Assembly (NCBI GenBank): GCA_051744925.1 | Contig: JBNJDM010000003.1 | Location: forward strand, 333 to 64,332 | DNA: 64,000 nt | Source of the DNA: Thermodesulfobacteriota bacterium | GTDB lineage: Bacteria > Desulfobacterota > Desulfobacteria > Desulfobacterales > JACKCP01 | Reading direction: 5' to 3' | Shown: positions 46,267 through 55,492 of the stretch, piece after piece | How the letters are laid out: each line of letters opens with the position of its first letter | How positions within the stretch are numbered: position 1 is the first letter of the stretch | Notes under the pieces: generated by a model | What the model was told of the DNA's origin: nothing | Database searches by the model: none | Seen by the model: only the letters and a program-made list of their open reading frames with translations | Position numbers and translations under genes: made by a program

Positions 46267-48153
46267 TTAAAAAACAAAAGACCTTTCAACAATATCCCTT
46301 GTTCTTCTTATAATTTTTTCATAATAACTGCTGTTTCTCTGGAGATAAAATTCTATCTGAAAATTCTGGTTTTCATCTTTTATCTGCTTTAATTTTTTCT
46401 GAAGCCCGTACGGAGAATTTATCCTGGTTACAAAAAGTTCTCCCCAGGTTGTTTTATAAATAAGTGCAAAATTGTTAATATTTTTTTCATAATGAACCTC
46501 CTCAAAACTTACAACAATAAAAACTTTCTGAATTCTTTCTTTTTTAAGATAAAACAAAGGTGAATTATCAAGAACATCGCATCTTCCAAGAAAATCCTTG
46601 AGTTTTAAAGAAAGATTAATAATTTCCTGAAGGCTTACACTGGTAGGATTCGGCTCCATTCTTATTCTTCCGACTTTAAAAAGATCATTCCACACAGTAA
46701 AGGCCGCAGCCCTTACTATATCGGCACCTTTAAAAAGAGGCACAGAGCGGTCATTGCCTGCAAATACTTTCCAGACCTTATCTTCATAAACAAAAGTGAT
46801 ATCCAAAAGATTAAACTGTTCAACAGGTTTCGGGACAAGATTGACCTTATTTTTTTTCTTTTGATAAATTGAGGCAATTTTTCTGCCCAGAACTGTCAAA
46901 TCTCTTTTATTTATATGGGCATTCTGCCTGCCTGCTGATGAAATTATTTTATAAAAACCAAAAAGCTCCTGAACAAGTCTTTTCCCAAGCTGTATCTGAG
47001 TTGCCATATCCCAGTTATTAAAGTTTGAAAGATGGAACTGAACATCTCTTGGTATGCCTGAATTTTTTAAAAATCTGTTTACAAGATCTTTTTTAAGCTG
47101 ATTTTTTTCCACTACCTTCATGTTGCATCTTAGAAAAAAACATTCTTTTAAAAATGAGAGCCTTGCTTCATCAAGTCTTGAACTAAAGCTTTTCATAATA
47201 AGGTCAACAGTAAATGTCATGGGATCAATAAAGTCATTGTTCTTTGATTTTAAAATTTCCTCTCTGAAAATATCTGCGGCAAGACGTCTTTGGGAATCTT
47301 CTATATGCCTGTTAAGCAAAGCCATCTTAATTACTGATTTGAGCGGACTTCCAAGAGCTTTTTGAAGCTGCCACAGTGAAGCTCCCAGAAATTCCTCTGA
47401 TTTAATCTGAGGAAGATCACCAAAATCTATATATTCATATCCTCCTGATATTCCGGAGCTTATTTTCTGGTAAGTAGATTCATAATCCAGCTTTTTATTG
47501 CTGTCATAACATACCCACCAGAAAGGAGTTTTACCCATAATCACAAGAGTTGTTCTGTAAAACTCCTCCATAAGAATATTTTTTTGGGCAGAGCCTGAAC
47601 TTTCCTTGTCAAGTTTTCCAAAGTATCCGTTTTTGACATCATTAATATCTGAAATAAAAAAATAAAGTGGAATTTTACAGTTTGCATCAAACCAGTCTTT
47701 TATAAGGTTGATTTTTTCTGTAAGATACTGATGATTTTTTCTGCCCATTTTCTTAAAATCACCGCATACCCAGATATCACAGTCCGAATAAGCTGTCTGT
47801 GCAATACTTCCTATGCTTCCGATTGTATAAATCCCGTCAAGTACAAACAAATCCTTGTTTTTAAGGTAGAGCTGACCGGATTCTTCAATTTTGAACATTT
47901 TTTTAAATACAGGTTCTTTTTTTTTAATTTCAAAAGAATTATCAATACCAAAAACCTTGAAAGAGCCCTGCATTTCAGGAACAAACCCTGGACATTTTTT
48001 ATGATTTATGCTTAATAACCACGGGAGAAGATAAAGAATTTGTATACTCTCTTTAGGAGAAATTTCTCTAAACAGAGCTTTCCTTTTCTCATTATATAAA
48101 TTGAATATACTATTGTTTCTTGAAATACTTTTTTCGAGACTTATTTGAGACAT
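46267..48153 (-). CDS. cyaA: Class I adenylate cyclase (CyaA-type catalytic region, short form)
   Basis: About 628 aa from the ATG at 48153 (the track begins at an upstream TTG, 48159). GSIGSIAQTAYSDCDIWVC and EEFLGASLWQLQKALGSPLKSVIKMALL match, from memory, E. coli CyaA GSTSSVGQSCSSDLDIWVC and [28 protein letters not shown]. Confidence 0.8.
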   Translation of the reverse strand: MSQISLEKSISRNNSIFNLYNEKRKALFREISPKESIQILYLLPWLLSINHKKCPGFVPEMQGSFKVFGIDNSFEIKKKEPVFKKMFKIEESGQLYLKNKDLFVLDGIYTIGSIGSIAQTAYSDCDIWVCGDFKKMGRKNHQYLTEKINLIKDWFDANCKIPLYFFISDINDVKNGYFGKLDKESSGSAQKNILMEEFYRTTLVIMGKTPFWWVCYDSNKKLDYESTYQKISSGISGGYEYIDFGDLPQIKSEEFLGASLWQLQKALGSPLKSVIKMALLNRHIEDSQRRLAADIFREEILKSKNNDFIDPMTFTVDLIMKSFSSRLDEARLSFLKECFFLRCNMKVVEKNQLKKDLVNRFLKNSGIPRDVQFHLSNFNNWDMATQIQLGKRLVQELFGFYKIISSAGRQNAHINKRDLTVLGRKIASIYQKKKNKVNLVPKPVEQFNLLDITFVYEDKVWKVFAGNDRSVPLFKGADIVRAAAFTVWNDLFKVGRIRMEPNPTSVSLQEIINLSLKLKDFLGRCDVLDNSPLFYLKKERIQKVFIVVSFEEVHYEKNINNFALIYKTTWGELFVTRINSPYGLQKKLKQIKDENQNFQIEFYLQRNSSYYEKIIRRTRDIVERSFVF

Positions 48154-48364
48154 GGCCAATAACCGTATTAACTGTCATAAATGTGAGTACTACTACGTAA
48201 CCTGGGACAACCAGCATCCGCATGGGTGCAGAGCTCTGGGCTTTAAAAGTGCAACTATGCCTTCTATTGTTGTTTTTCAAAGTTCCGGATCAAAATGCAG
48301 ATTTTATTCCCCTAAAAACAGCAGAAAAAACAAAAACTCAGGGAAAAATAAAATTATAGTTTAG
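48152..48364 (+). CDS. Small 4-Cys protein (70 aa) with Lys/Asn-rich tail
   Basis: ORF track: MANNRINCHKCEYYYVTWDNQHPHGCRALGFKSATMPSIVVFQSSGSKCRFYSPK... Cys at 8, 11, 26 and 49. Locally higher G+C than its flanks. Antisense between two minus-strand genes, so coding status is uncertain. Confidence 0.45.
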   Translation: MANNRINCHKCEYYYVTWDNQHPHGCRALGFKSATMPSIVVFQSSGSKCRFYSPKNSRKNKNSGKNKIIV

Positions 48365-49766
48365 AAATAAAATCTTTAACCTCATCCATTTTCCCGCATG
48401 TAAATTTTCCCTCAGGACATTTTCCATCCATATAGCATCCGGGGCCTACTTTTTTAAAAATATCAGGTTCTTTTTTTCTGAGCAAAGAAAGCATTTCGCA
48501 TGCAATCTCTCTTATTTCCCACTGAGCTCTCATACATGTTCTGAGTCTGAAAAAATGGAAAAGTTCCCTTGCATTCATTGAAGAAACTGCATCAAGTCTC
48601 ATTCCGGCAAGTAAAAAATATGCAAGATCATGACTGTTTTTAAGCTTATCTTTAAAAATAGTATATAATTTTATATGATTTTCATATGATTTTTCATAAA
48701 TATTTAAAGCTTTTTCATTATTTTTTACAGTCTCAGGTATTATAAAATCATTAACCCTTACTCCGTAATTAAGGCCGGGTACAATAACAGACTGAATTCT
48801 GTGCCTTACAAGATGTGTTAGGCAGGCAAGAGTCATTCTGTTTATCCTGAATCCGAAATTAATATTTTCAAGAGCTCTTGGTCTTCCGTCTTCTACTATA
48901 TATTTAATTATATCCTGATAAATTTCAGGATCATTTTCTATAATATTCATGGCATCTTGTGAACTTATTCCTGTTTCTGCTGCAATTTCAGATAAAACCA
49001 TATTAACAGAAGCATTTTCTGTGGATGAAATAAGTTCAGCTTTTTTATCAGGAAGATAATCAGTATCAATTTTATCTTTTAAAAGTGTTCTTACTTTTTG
49101 TGGAAGTTCATCTTTAAATCTGGCAATTTTTTCAATCATTGAAAAAGGCTCGTTAAAAATAGCTTTTGACTGATCAAGGAGCATTTGTCCCAGCTTTTTT
49201 ATTTCAGGATATTTAGATCCTCTTCCATAACATGCTGAATAAATAATCTTCATAAGCTCTCTTGCATTTAAAGTGCAGTAAAAATTGCTTCTGAAGGCAT
49301 ATGGAAGTATAAATCTGGCGTCCTCTCTTGGGATATCCTGTTCTGTAAGTTGTGAATATGCATTAAATAATGAAGCAATACCTTCTTTATACTGATTTTC
49401 AAGATCCTGTTTTTCCTCATCATCTACATCATCATTGAATCTTAATTCCGGAAAAACAAAACCCATTTTTTTATAATCTACATATCTTCTTGACTTTACA
49501 GTAAAAGAAGCAAGTCTGAATTCTATTATAAACTGTTCCACAATTACTGAAACATTATCAAAAACTATTGTAAAAAACGCATGCTCAGAAACAGAATGAT
49601 GCCCCATTTCAAGGACTTTTCCTATTAATGAGGTATCCTGGCTCGTCATACTTTCATTAAAAATTTCAAGCGCACTACCTTTGGTGGTTGATATTCTTGC
49701 TGCCGCAAGACAAAGATTTGAGGGCTTACTTGTATGTTCTACTATCAAAGCTTTTGAATTTATCAT
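48354..49766 (-). CDS. thyX: Tandem (fused two-repeat) ThyX-like FAD-dependent thymidylate synthase
   Basis: 470 aa. Repeat 1 has GHHSVSEH and EFR-x7-SRRY. Repeat 2 has RHR-x7-GLNY and RELFHFFRLRTCMRAQWEIR. The C-terminal tail is Cys-rich (GPGCYMDGKCPEGKFTCGK). Confidence 0.65.
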   Translation of the reverse strand: MINSKALIVEHTSKPSNLCLAAARISTTKGSALEIFNESMTSQDTSLIGKVLEMGHHSVSEHAFFTIVFDNVSVIVEQFIIEFRLASFTVKSRRYVDYKKMGFVFPELRFNDDVDDEEKQDLENQYKEGIASLFNAYSQLTEQDIPREDARFILPYAFRSNFYCTLNARELMKIIYSACYGRGSKYPEIKKLGQMLLDQSKAIFNEPFSMIEKIARFKDELPQKVRTLLKDKIDTDYLPDKKAELISSTENASVNMVLSEIAAETGISSQDAMNIIENDPEIYQDIIKYIVEDGRPRALENINFGFRINRMTLACLTHLVRHRIQSVIVPGLNYGVRVNDFIIPETVKNNEKALNIYEKSYENHIKLYTIFKDKLKNSHDLAYFLLAGMRLDAVSSMNARELFHFFRLRTCMRAQWEIREIACEMLSLLRKKEPDIFKKVGPGCYMDGKCPEGKFTCGKMDEVKDFISKL

Positions 49767-49783
49767 CTCTTAAACTCTTTTTT

Positions 49784-50632
49784 TTAAATTCTACAGGTTC
49801 TGATATCGCTTACGATTATTCCCTTTGCACCTATTTCTGAAAGCTGATCCATCATATTGTTAACATCTTTTTTCTTAACCATTGATTTTACAGCAATCCA
49901 GCCTTTTTTACTTAAAGGTGAAACAGTAGGAGATTCAATGCCGGGTGTTACTTCAGAAGTTTTTTCAAGCATTTCTTCTTTTATATCATATTCTATTATT
50001 ACATATTCCCTTGCAGTTAAAATTCCTTTAACCCTCTGGGTAAACAAATAAACATCCTTATTTTCAAGCGCTTTATTTGTTCTTGATATAAGAACAGCTT
50101 CAGATTTTAATACAGGATCTCCAATAACTTCTAAACCTGCTTCTCTAAGGGTTCTTCCTGTTTCAACAACATCTGCTATAGCATCTGCCACTCCAAGTTC
50201 TATGGATATCTCCACAGCTCCGTCCAGCTTTACTATATCTGAGTCAAATCCTTTTTCTTTAAAATCAGAGGCAACTATTTCAGGATAAGATGTAGCTATT
50301 CTTTTACCGTTCAGCTCTGAAACAGACTCAAACTCACCAGATTTAGCTGCATAATAAAACTTGGATTTACCAAAACCAAGACCGAACACTTCAAAAACAT
50401 CTGTTTTACTGTCTACTGCAAGGTCACGTCCTGTAATTCCAAGATCAAGAATCCCCCTGCTTACATAAACTGCAATATCACGCGGCCTTAAAAAAACAAA
50501 TTCTATGTTGTTTTCAGCATCTGTTATCATAAGTTCCTTGCCGACTCTGCGGCAGGAATAACCTGCAGAACGCACAAGATCAACTGCATCTTCTGACAAA
50601 CTACCCTTGTTTGGAAGAGCGATTTTCAACAT
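49784..50632 (-). CDS. hisG: ATP phosphoribosyltransferase, long form
   Basis: 282 aa. MLKIALPNKGSL N-terminus and a C-terminal regulatory domain. Confidence 0.9.
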   Translation of the reverse strand: MLKIALPNKGSLSEDAVDLVRSAGYSCRRVGKELMITDAENNIEFVFLRPRDIAVYVSRGILDLGITGRDLAVDSKTDVFEVFGLGFGKSKFYYAAKSGEFESVSELNGKRIATSYPEIVASDFKEKGFDSDIVKLDGAVEISIELGVADAIADVVETGRTLREAGLEVIGDPVLKSEAVLISRTNKALENKDVYLFTQRVKGILTAREYVIIEYDIKEEMLEKTSEVTPGIESPTVSPLSKKGWIAVKSMVKKKDVNNMMDQLSEIGAKGIIVSDIRTCRI

Positions 50633-50652
50633 TTTAAACTAATCTCCGTTTT

Positions 50653-50916
50653 TTAAAGATATTTGTATACATCTTCCAGTGTTAAATCACATGCCAGCAT
50701 CATTACCTGAATATGGTACAAAAGCTGTGAAATCTCTTCAGCTGTTTTCTCTTTTCCTTCATATTCAGATGCAATCCAGACTTCACCGGCTTCTTCTAAA
50801 AGCTTTTTCCCTATATTGTGTACTCCGCCATTCAAAGCTTTAACAGTTCCGGAGTCAGGATCGTTATTTTCTTTTTTCTTTTTAAGTTCTTCAAACAATT
50901 CTTCAAATCTTTTCAT
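50653..50916 (-). CDS. hisE: Phosphoribosyl-ATP pyrophosphatase
   Basis: 87 aa. MazG-like HisE pattern (LEEAGEV...[14 protein letters not shown]). Confidence 0.85.
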   Translation of the reverse strand: MKRFEELFEELKKKKENNDPDSGTVKALNGGVHNIGKKLLEEAGEVWIASEYEGKEKTAEEISQLLYHIQVMMLACDLTLEDVYKYL

Positions 50917-50953
50917 AATTTACCCGAATTTATTTATTTAATTTATCCTGAAT

Positions 50954-51568
50954 TTAGATTTCTATATCATTAAAATACTTTTTAATCTTAATTTTAAAAT
51001 CATCCGGATCTTTGAATAATATTGCATTTATCCCTTTTTCTTCAGCCCTTTTTATATGGGGGTTGTGATCATCAATAAAAAGAGTATTCCCCGGATTTTC
51101 CCCCATTTTTTCAAGTGCAAGGTCAAACATTTCAGGTTCTTTTTTTGTAATACCGAGATGAAAAGAGTTGAAAATATTATCAAAATATCTGAAAAAATTG
51201 TATTTTTTATCAAGCTCATCAAGCCAGTTTGTCTGGTCGCTTAAAATTGCTGTTTTAATATTTTTCTTTTTTAACTGTTTTACAAAATCTATCATTTCAT
51301 CTCTTACAACAAATCTGTCCAGAATAAACTGAGTAAGTTCGCTGTTTGACTCCTTTATACCTGTTTTTTTCTTAAGAAGATCCCAGAACTGATCAGAATC
51401 AGACTCACCTTTTGTAAAACCGCAATCATATACAAGATCGAATGCTGTTTTTTTTAAAGCATCCACCTCAAAGTCATAATTTTCTGCAAGCTCTGTTATT
51501 CCCTGCTTAAAACCTTCCATTGCAAGAACACCGCCGAAATCGATGAGAACAAGTTTTATTTCATTCAT
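50954..51568 (-). CDS. HAD-superfamily hydrolase (subfamily IA-like)
   Basis: 204 aa with LIDFGGVL motif I, SDQT motif II and FIDD motif IV. Confidence 0.7.
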   Translation of the reverse strand: MNEIKLVLIDFGGVLAMEGFKQGITELAENYDFEVDALKKTAFDLVYDCGFTKGESDSDQFWDLLKKKTGIKESNSELTQFILDRFVVRDEMIDFVKQLKKKNIKTAILSDQTNWLDELDKKYNFFRYFDNIFNSFHLGITKKEPEMFDLALEKMGENPGNTLFIDDHNPHIKRAEEKGINAILFKDPDDFKIKIKKYFNDIEI

Positions 51569-51599
51569 ACTTTTTCCTGTGTATCTTTTTTTATTAATT

Positions 51600-51615
51600 G
51601 CAAAAAATTTTTTGC
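51600..51615. promoter_or_regulatory. Perfect 16-bp palindrome GCAAAAAATTTTTTGC upstream of the HAD gene
   Basis: Read directly, 32 nt upstream of the ATG at 51568. Confidence 0.25.
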
Positions 51616-51696
51616 CTGAAACCGAAAATAAAATTCTTAAAACACATTATCAGTATCACAGGTTTAATTAAAATAAAATCATGTATATATACTGAT

Positions 51697-51728
51697 TAAA
51701 AAAGGCCTGATTTTATCAGACCTTTTTT
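51697..51728 (-). terminator. Intrinsic terminator after leuD
   Basis: On the minus strand: GGTCTGAT-aaa-ATCAGGCC (one G-U pair) followed by a U7 run. An A-run lies on the other side. Confidence 0.7.
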
Positions 51729-51788
51729 AACTAAACATTTGTTTACAAAAAGAATTTTTATGTTTTTTAATCAGTAAATCTGCAAAAA

Positions 51789-52313
51789 TTAATAATTTTT
51801 ATCCGCAAAATCGACCCATCCACCTGAATTAACAAGCTTTTCATCAAAACCTGAAATAGAAAACTTTATATGCTTTTTCTTTTTTCCCGATCTTATGGTA
51901 AAACTTTTATCTTTCAAATCTGTTTCAAGGTAAACTTCTTTTTCATTTCCAAATTCATCAAACAAAGAATCGATTTCTTCCTTTGAAAGACTTACAGCCA
52001 TCATTCCGCAGTTAAACATATTCTGCCTGAAAATTCTGGCAAAAGACTCGGCAATAACTATATTTATACCGTTAACCTCAAAAGCCCATGGAGCATGCTC
52101 TCTTGATGATCCGCAACCGAAATTTTCTCTTGTTATTACAACAGATGCATCTTCAATCTGTTTTTTGTTAAATCCGCTTAAAGTAAGATCTTCAAGCAGA
52201 TAAGGCTTTAAAGCTTCCTTTGATATCTCAGTAAGATATTTTGCAGGTATAATTTCATCTGTGTTTATATCATCTCTGTTAAGAAATAAAACTTTTCCGT
52301 TAAAATTCTTCAT
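51789..52313 (-). CDS. leuD: 3-isopropylmalate/homoaconitate-type dehydratase small subunit
   Basis: 174 aa with a GCGSSREHA motif. Confidence 0.85.
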   Translation of the reverse strand: MKNFNGKVLFLNRDDINTDEIIPAKYLTEISKEALKPYLLEDLTLSGFNKKQIEDASVVITRENFGCGSSREHAPWAFEVNGINIVIAESFARIFRQNMFNCGMMAVSLSKEEIDSLFDEFGNEKEVYLETDLKDKSFTIRSGKKKKHIKFSISGFDEKLVNSGGWVDFADKNY

Positions 52314-52325
52314 ATATATAACTCC

Positions 52326-53612
52326 TTAACCTTTAAAAAACGGTGAATTTTCAATAAAGCCTGATATAGCGGTCTGAGCAGCCGTTGCAGGACTCATAAG
52401 ATGAACAGTTCCGCCCTTGCCCATTCTTCCGTTAAAATTCCTGTTTGTAGTTGATGCGCAGACTTCACCTTCTGCAAGAACACCATTACTCATCCCAAGA
52501 CATGCTCCGCAGGTCGGGTTTGTAACACAAAACCCCGAATCCATAAAAATCTGAATAATTCCCTTTTCAAGAGCCTGTTTGTAAACATCGGGTGTTGCAG
52601 GAGAAACTATTCCTCTGACATCATCATTAATTTTCTTTCCTTTAAGAACATCTGCTGCTGTTTCAAGATCAGAAAGTCTTCCGTTTGTGCATGAACCTAT
52701 ATAAACCTGATCTACTTTTACATCCTTAAACTGACTTACAGGTTTTACCTGGTCAGGTTTAAAACCGTAAGTCGCCACAGGTTCAACAACAGAAGCATCA
52801 ATATTTATAACTGAAGTATATTCAGCATCTTCATCAGATATCCATTTGCTATATTGAGCAAGTGCGTCCTCTTTGGAATCATAATCTTTTTCTATAAAAG
52901 GCCAGAGATAATCTACTGTTTTTTCATCAGGACGGCAGATTCCGGAAGTTCCGCCTGCTTCAATTGCCATGTTGCAAAGAGTCATTCTTTCTTCCATGTT
53001 CATTGAATCTATTACTTCACCTGTAAATTCTATTACTTTATTTGTAGCTCCGTTTACACCTATCTGACCGATGAGATATAAAATCACATCTTTGGCATAT
53101 ACACCTTTATTTAAGTTGCCGCTTATTTCGATTTTAACAGTTTCAGGATATTTAAAAGCACACACACCCTTTAAAATACCTACTTCAAGGTCAGTAGTTC
53201 CGACTCCTGCTGCAAAAGCTCCGAAAGCACCGTGGGTGCATGTATGGGAATCACCCATAATAATTGTGTATCCTGGTCTTGCAAAACCTTTTTCAGGAAA
53301 AAGGGCGTGGCAGACACCGTTTCTTCCTATATCAAAAAAATCTTTTATATTATTCTTTTTTGACCAGTCTCTTAAAATCTTACCCTGAAGAGCAGTTTTT
53401 GAATCCTTGGCAGGTGTTACATGATCTATTACAACTTTTATTTTATCAGGATCAAAAACTCTGTTTTTACCCCTTCTTTCAAGATCATTAACTGCTATAG
53501 GTGTTGTTATTTCATGGCAGAATACCGCATCAAGACGAAGTACATTTACTCCTTCTTCCGGTGTATCTACAAGATGAGCATCAAATATTTTTTCAGCTAT
53601 TGTTTTTCCCAT
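52326..53612 (-). CDS. leuC: 3-isopropylmalate/homoaconitate-type dehydratase large subunit (archaeal-type, ~420 aa)
   Basis: 428 aa. Aconitase-family Fe-S ligand contexts (GDSHTCTHG, GSCTNGR, CGACLG). Confidence 0.85.
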   Translation of the reverse strand: MGKTIAEKIFDAHLVDTPEEGVNVLRLDAVFCHEITTPIAVNDLERRGKNRVFDPDKIKVVIDHVTPAKDSKTALQGKILRDWSKKNNIKDFFDIGRNGVCHALFPEKGFARPGYTIIMGDSHTCTHGAFGAFAAGVGTTDLEVGILKGVCAFKYPETVKIEISGNLNKGVYAKDVILYLIGQIGVNGATNKVIEFTGEVIDSMNMEERMTLCNMAIEAGGTSGICRPDEKTVDYLWPFIEKDYDSKEDALAQYSKWISDEDAEYTSVINIDASVVEPVATYGFKPDQVKPVSQFKDVKVDQVYIGSCTNGRLSDLETAADVLKGKKINDDVRGIVSPATPDVYKQALEKGIIQIFMDSGFCVTNPTCGACLGMSNGVLAEGEVCASTTNRNFNGRMGKGGTVHLMSPATAAQTAISGFIENSPFFKG

Positions 53613-53643
53613 CTGTAATATAACTCCTTATATTTAATTTTTT

Positions 53644-54231
53644 TTATTTGTTGATAAAAAGTCTTGGCGGTGTAGTTACCCACATAGCCTTAAGTACATC
53701 ATTACCGCTGTTTTTAAGTTTATGCGGTATATCTGAAGCAAAAGATACACTGTCACCTTGTTTAAGGTTATAGTTAAAACCTCCGTATTCCAGTGTACCT
53801 TCACCGCTTATAATAAAACCGAGCTCTTTTCCTGCATGTCCGTACTCACTGCTTCCTTTTTCTCCGTTTTCCGGTATCTCAATAATATATGCCTCTATAT
53901 CATGGGTTTTTCCTTCTGCAGATATAATTGAAGAAAGCTGCTGATAAGTGATGTCTCCTATAGTTCTTGTATTTCTTTCATCAGATCTTACAACACTTAC
54001 TGACCTTTTTTTTCTGTAATCTCTGAAAATATATTCAATATCTACATCTAAAACATCAACAATTGTCAGAAGAGTATCTATGGAAGGTGATACCTTGTTT
54101 CTTTCAATTTGTGATATAAGACTTTCGCTGACCCCGGCCTCTGAGGCAACAGTTTTAAGGGTAAGATTCTTTTTTTCCCTGATATTTCTGATTTTATTTC
54201 CAAAAGGGTATTGCAGCCCAGAATTTATCAT
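53644..54231 (-). CDS. XRE-family HTH regulator with C-terminal cupin domain
   Basis: 195 aa. HTH LKTVASEAGVSESLISQIERNK and a cupin GDSVSF...PHKLKN. Confidence 0.8.
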   Translation of the reverse strand: MINSGLQYPFGNKIRNIREKKNLTLKTVASEAGVSESLISQIERNKVSPSIDTLLTIVDVLDVDIEYIFRDYRKKRSVSVVRSDERNTRTIGDITYQQLSSIISAEGKTHDIEAYIIEIPENGEKGSSEYGHAGKELGFIISGEGTLEYGGFNYNLKQGDSVSFASDIPHKLKNSGNDVLKAMWVTTPPRLFINK

Positions 54232-54370
54232 AACTTAACCTCCTTAAATATTTATTAACTTAACCTGAAAAAAAAAATCAGGCAAGAACAAATAAAATTT
54301 ATTGAAATAGGCAAAATTAAATCTTATTAAAGATAAATATTTACAATTTAAATCTATTTAAAGGAAATTT

Positions 54371-55288
54371 ATGGATTACCCCGACCTTTCAGTAAAAATA
54401 GGAAAAATCACATTAAAAAACCCTGTAATTCCGGCTTCCGGTACTTTCGGTTACGGGCTTGAATACGCAGATGTTACAGATATTTCAAAACCCGGAGCTA
54501 TTGTTGTAAAAGGTCTTTCACTTAAACCTTCCAAAGGAAATCCCTCGCCAAGAGTTGTTGAAACTCCTTCAGGGCTTTTAAATGCTGTAGGTCTTGAAAA
54601 TATAGGAATAGATGCTTTTATTGAATCAAAACTTCCTGCACTGAAAAAATACAATACACACATAATTACAAATTTATACGGTCAGACAGAAGAAGATTAC
54701 ATTAAACTCACAGAAATAATAAACAAAGAACCTGATATTTCAGGAATAGAAGTAAATATATCATGTCCAAATGTAAAAAAAGGCGGGCTTGCCTTTGGAA
54801 CTTCGCCTGAAACATGCTTCAGCCTGATATCTGAAATACGAGCCAAAACAGATAAAACTCTTATTGTCAAACTTACACCTAATGTAACAGATATAAAACC
54901 TATTGCTGAAAGTGCTCAAAAGGCAGGTGCAGATGCTGTTTCCCTTATAAATACAATCACAGGAATGGCAATAGATGTAAAAACAAAAAAACCTCTTCTT
55001 GCAAATATTACAGGTGGTCTTTCAGGACCAGCCATACGTCCGGTAGCTCTGAGAATGGTTTATGAAGCAGCATCAGTTGTAGATATCCCTGTAATCGGGG
55101 TCGGAGGAATAACAAACTATAAAGATGCCCTTTCTTTTATTATTGCAGGAGCCACTGCTGTCCAGGTAGGAACAGGGAATTTTATCAACCCCAAAACCTG
55201 CGAAAAAATAATAAATAAAATGTCAAAATATTTAAAAAAACAAAATATAGACTCAATATCCGAACTTACAGGATCTTTAATAGTTTAA
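54371..55288 (+). CDS. pyrD: Dihydroorotate dehydrogenase, class 1 (1B-like catalytic subunit)
   Basis: 305 aa with ASGTFGYG, NISCPNV (Cys base) and GVGGI. Confidence 0.85.
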   Translation: MDYPDLSVKIGKITLKNPVIPASGTFGYGLEYADVTDISKPGAIVVKGLSLKPSKGNPSPRVVETPSGLLNAVGLENIGIDAFIESKLPALKKYNTHIITNLYGQTEEDYIKLTEIINKEPDISGIEVNISCPNVKKGGLAFGTSPETCFSLISEIRAKTDKTLIVKLTPNVTDIKPIAESAQKAGADAVSLINTITGMAIDVKTKKPLLANITGGLSGPAIRPVALRMVYEAASVVDIPVIGVGGITNYKDALSFIIAGATAVQVGTGNFINPKTCEKIINKMSKYLKKQNIDSISELTGSLIV

Positions 55289-55427
55289 TACTTCAGGTTT
55301 ATTTTTGTATCATTTATTCATTTTTTAAAAAACAGGAACACTTTCTTATTGAACACTGATAAAATTAATTTAATATTTGTTATTCCTTGAACATATTTAA
55401 AATTTACGTTAATAAACAATAACAATG

Positions 55428-55443
55428 TATTCATATATGAATA
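55428..55443. promoter_or_regulatory. Perfect 16-bp palindrome TATTCATATATGAATA
   Basis: Read directly, 50 nt upstream of the ATG at 55493. Confidence 0.3.
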
Positions 55444-55492
55444 ACCCTCTACAATCTAATTTTTTATTATCTCAAAACAAAGGAGCTGTATT

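Noticed and set aside
51596-51617. GGCA...TTGC on the minus strand around the GCAAAAAATTTTTTGC palindrome as a sigma54 promoter
   Set aside because: The GG-to-GC spacing is three nucleotides too long for a -24/-12 promoter.
54371-55288. pyrD of class 1B type without an adjacent pyrK electron-transfer subunit as an anomaly
   Set aside because: I cannot separate class 1A from 1B with confidence from motifs alone, and pyrK may lie elsewhere in the genome. Not enough evidence for a finding.
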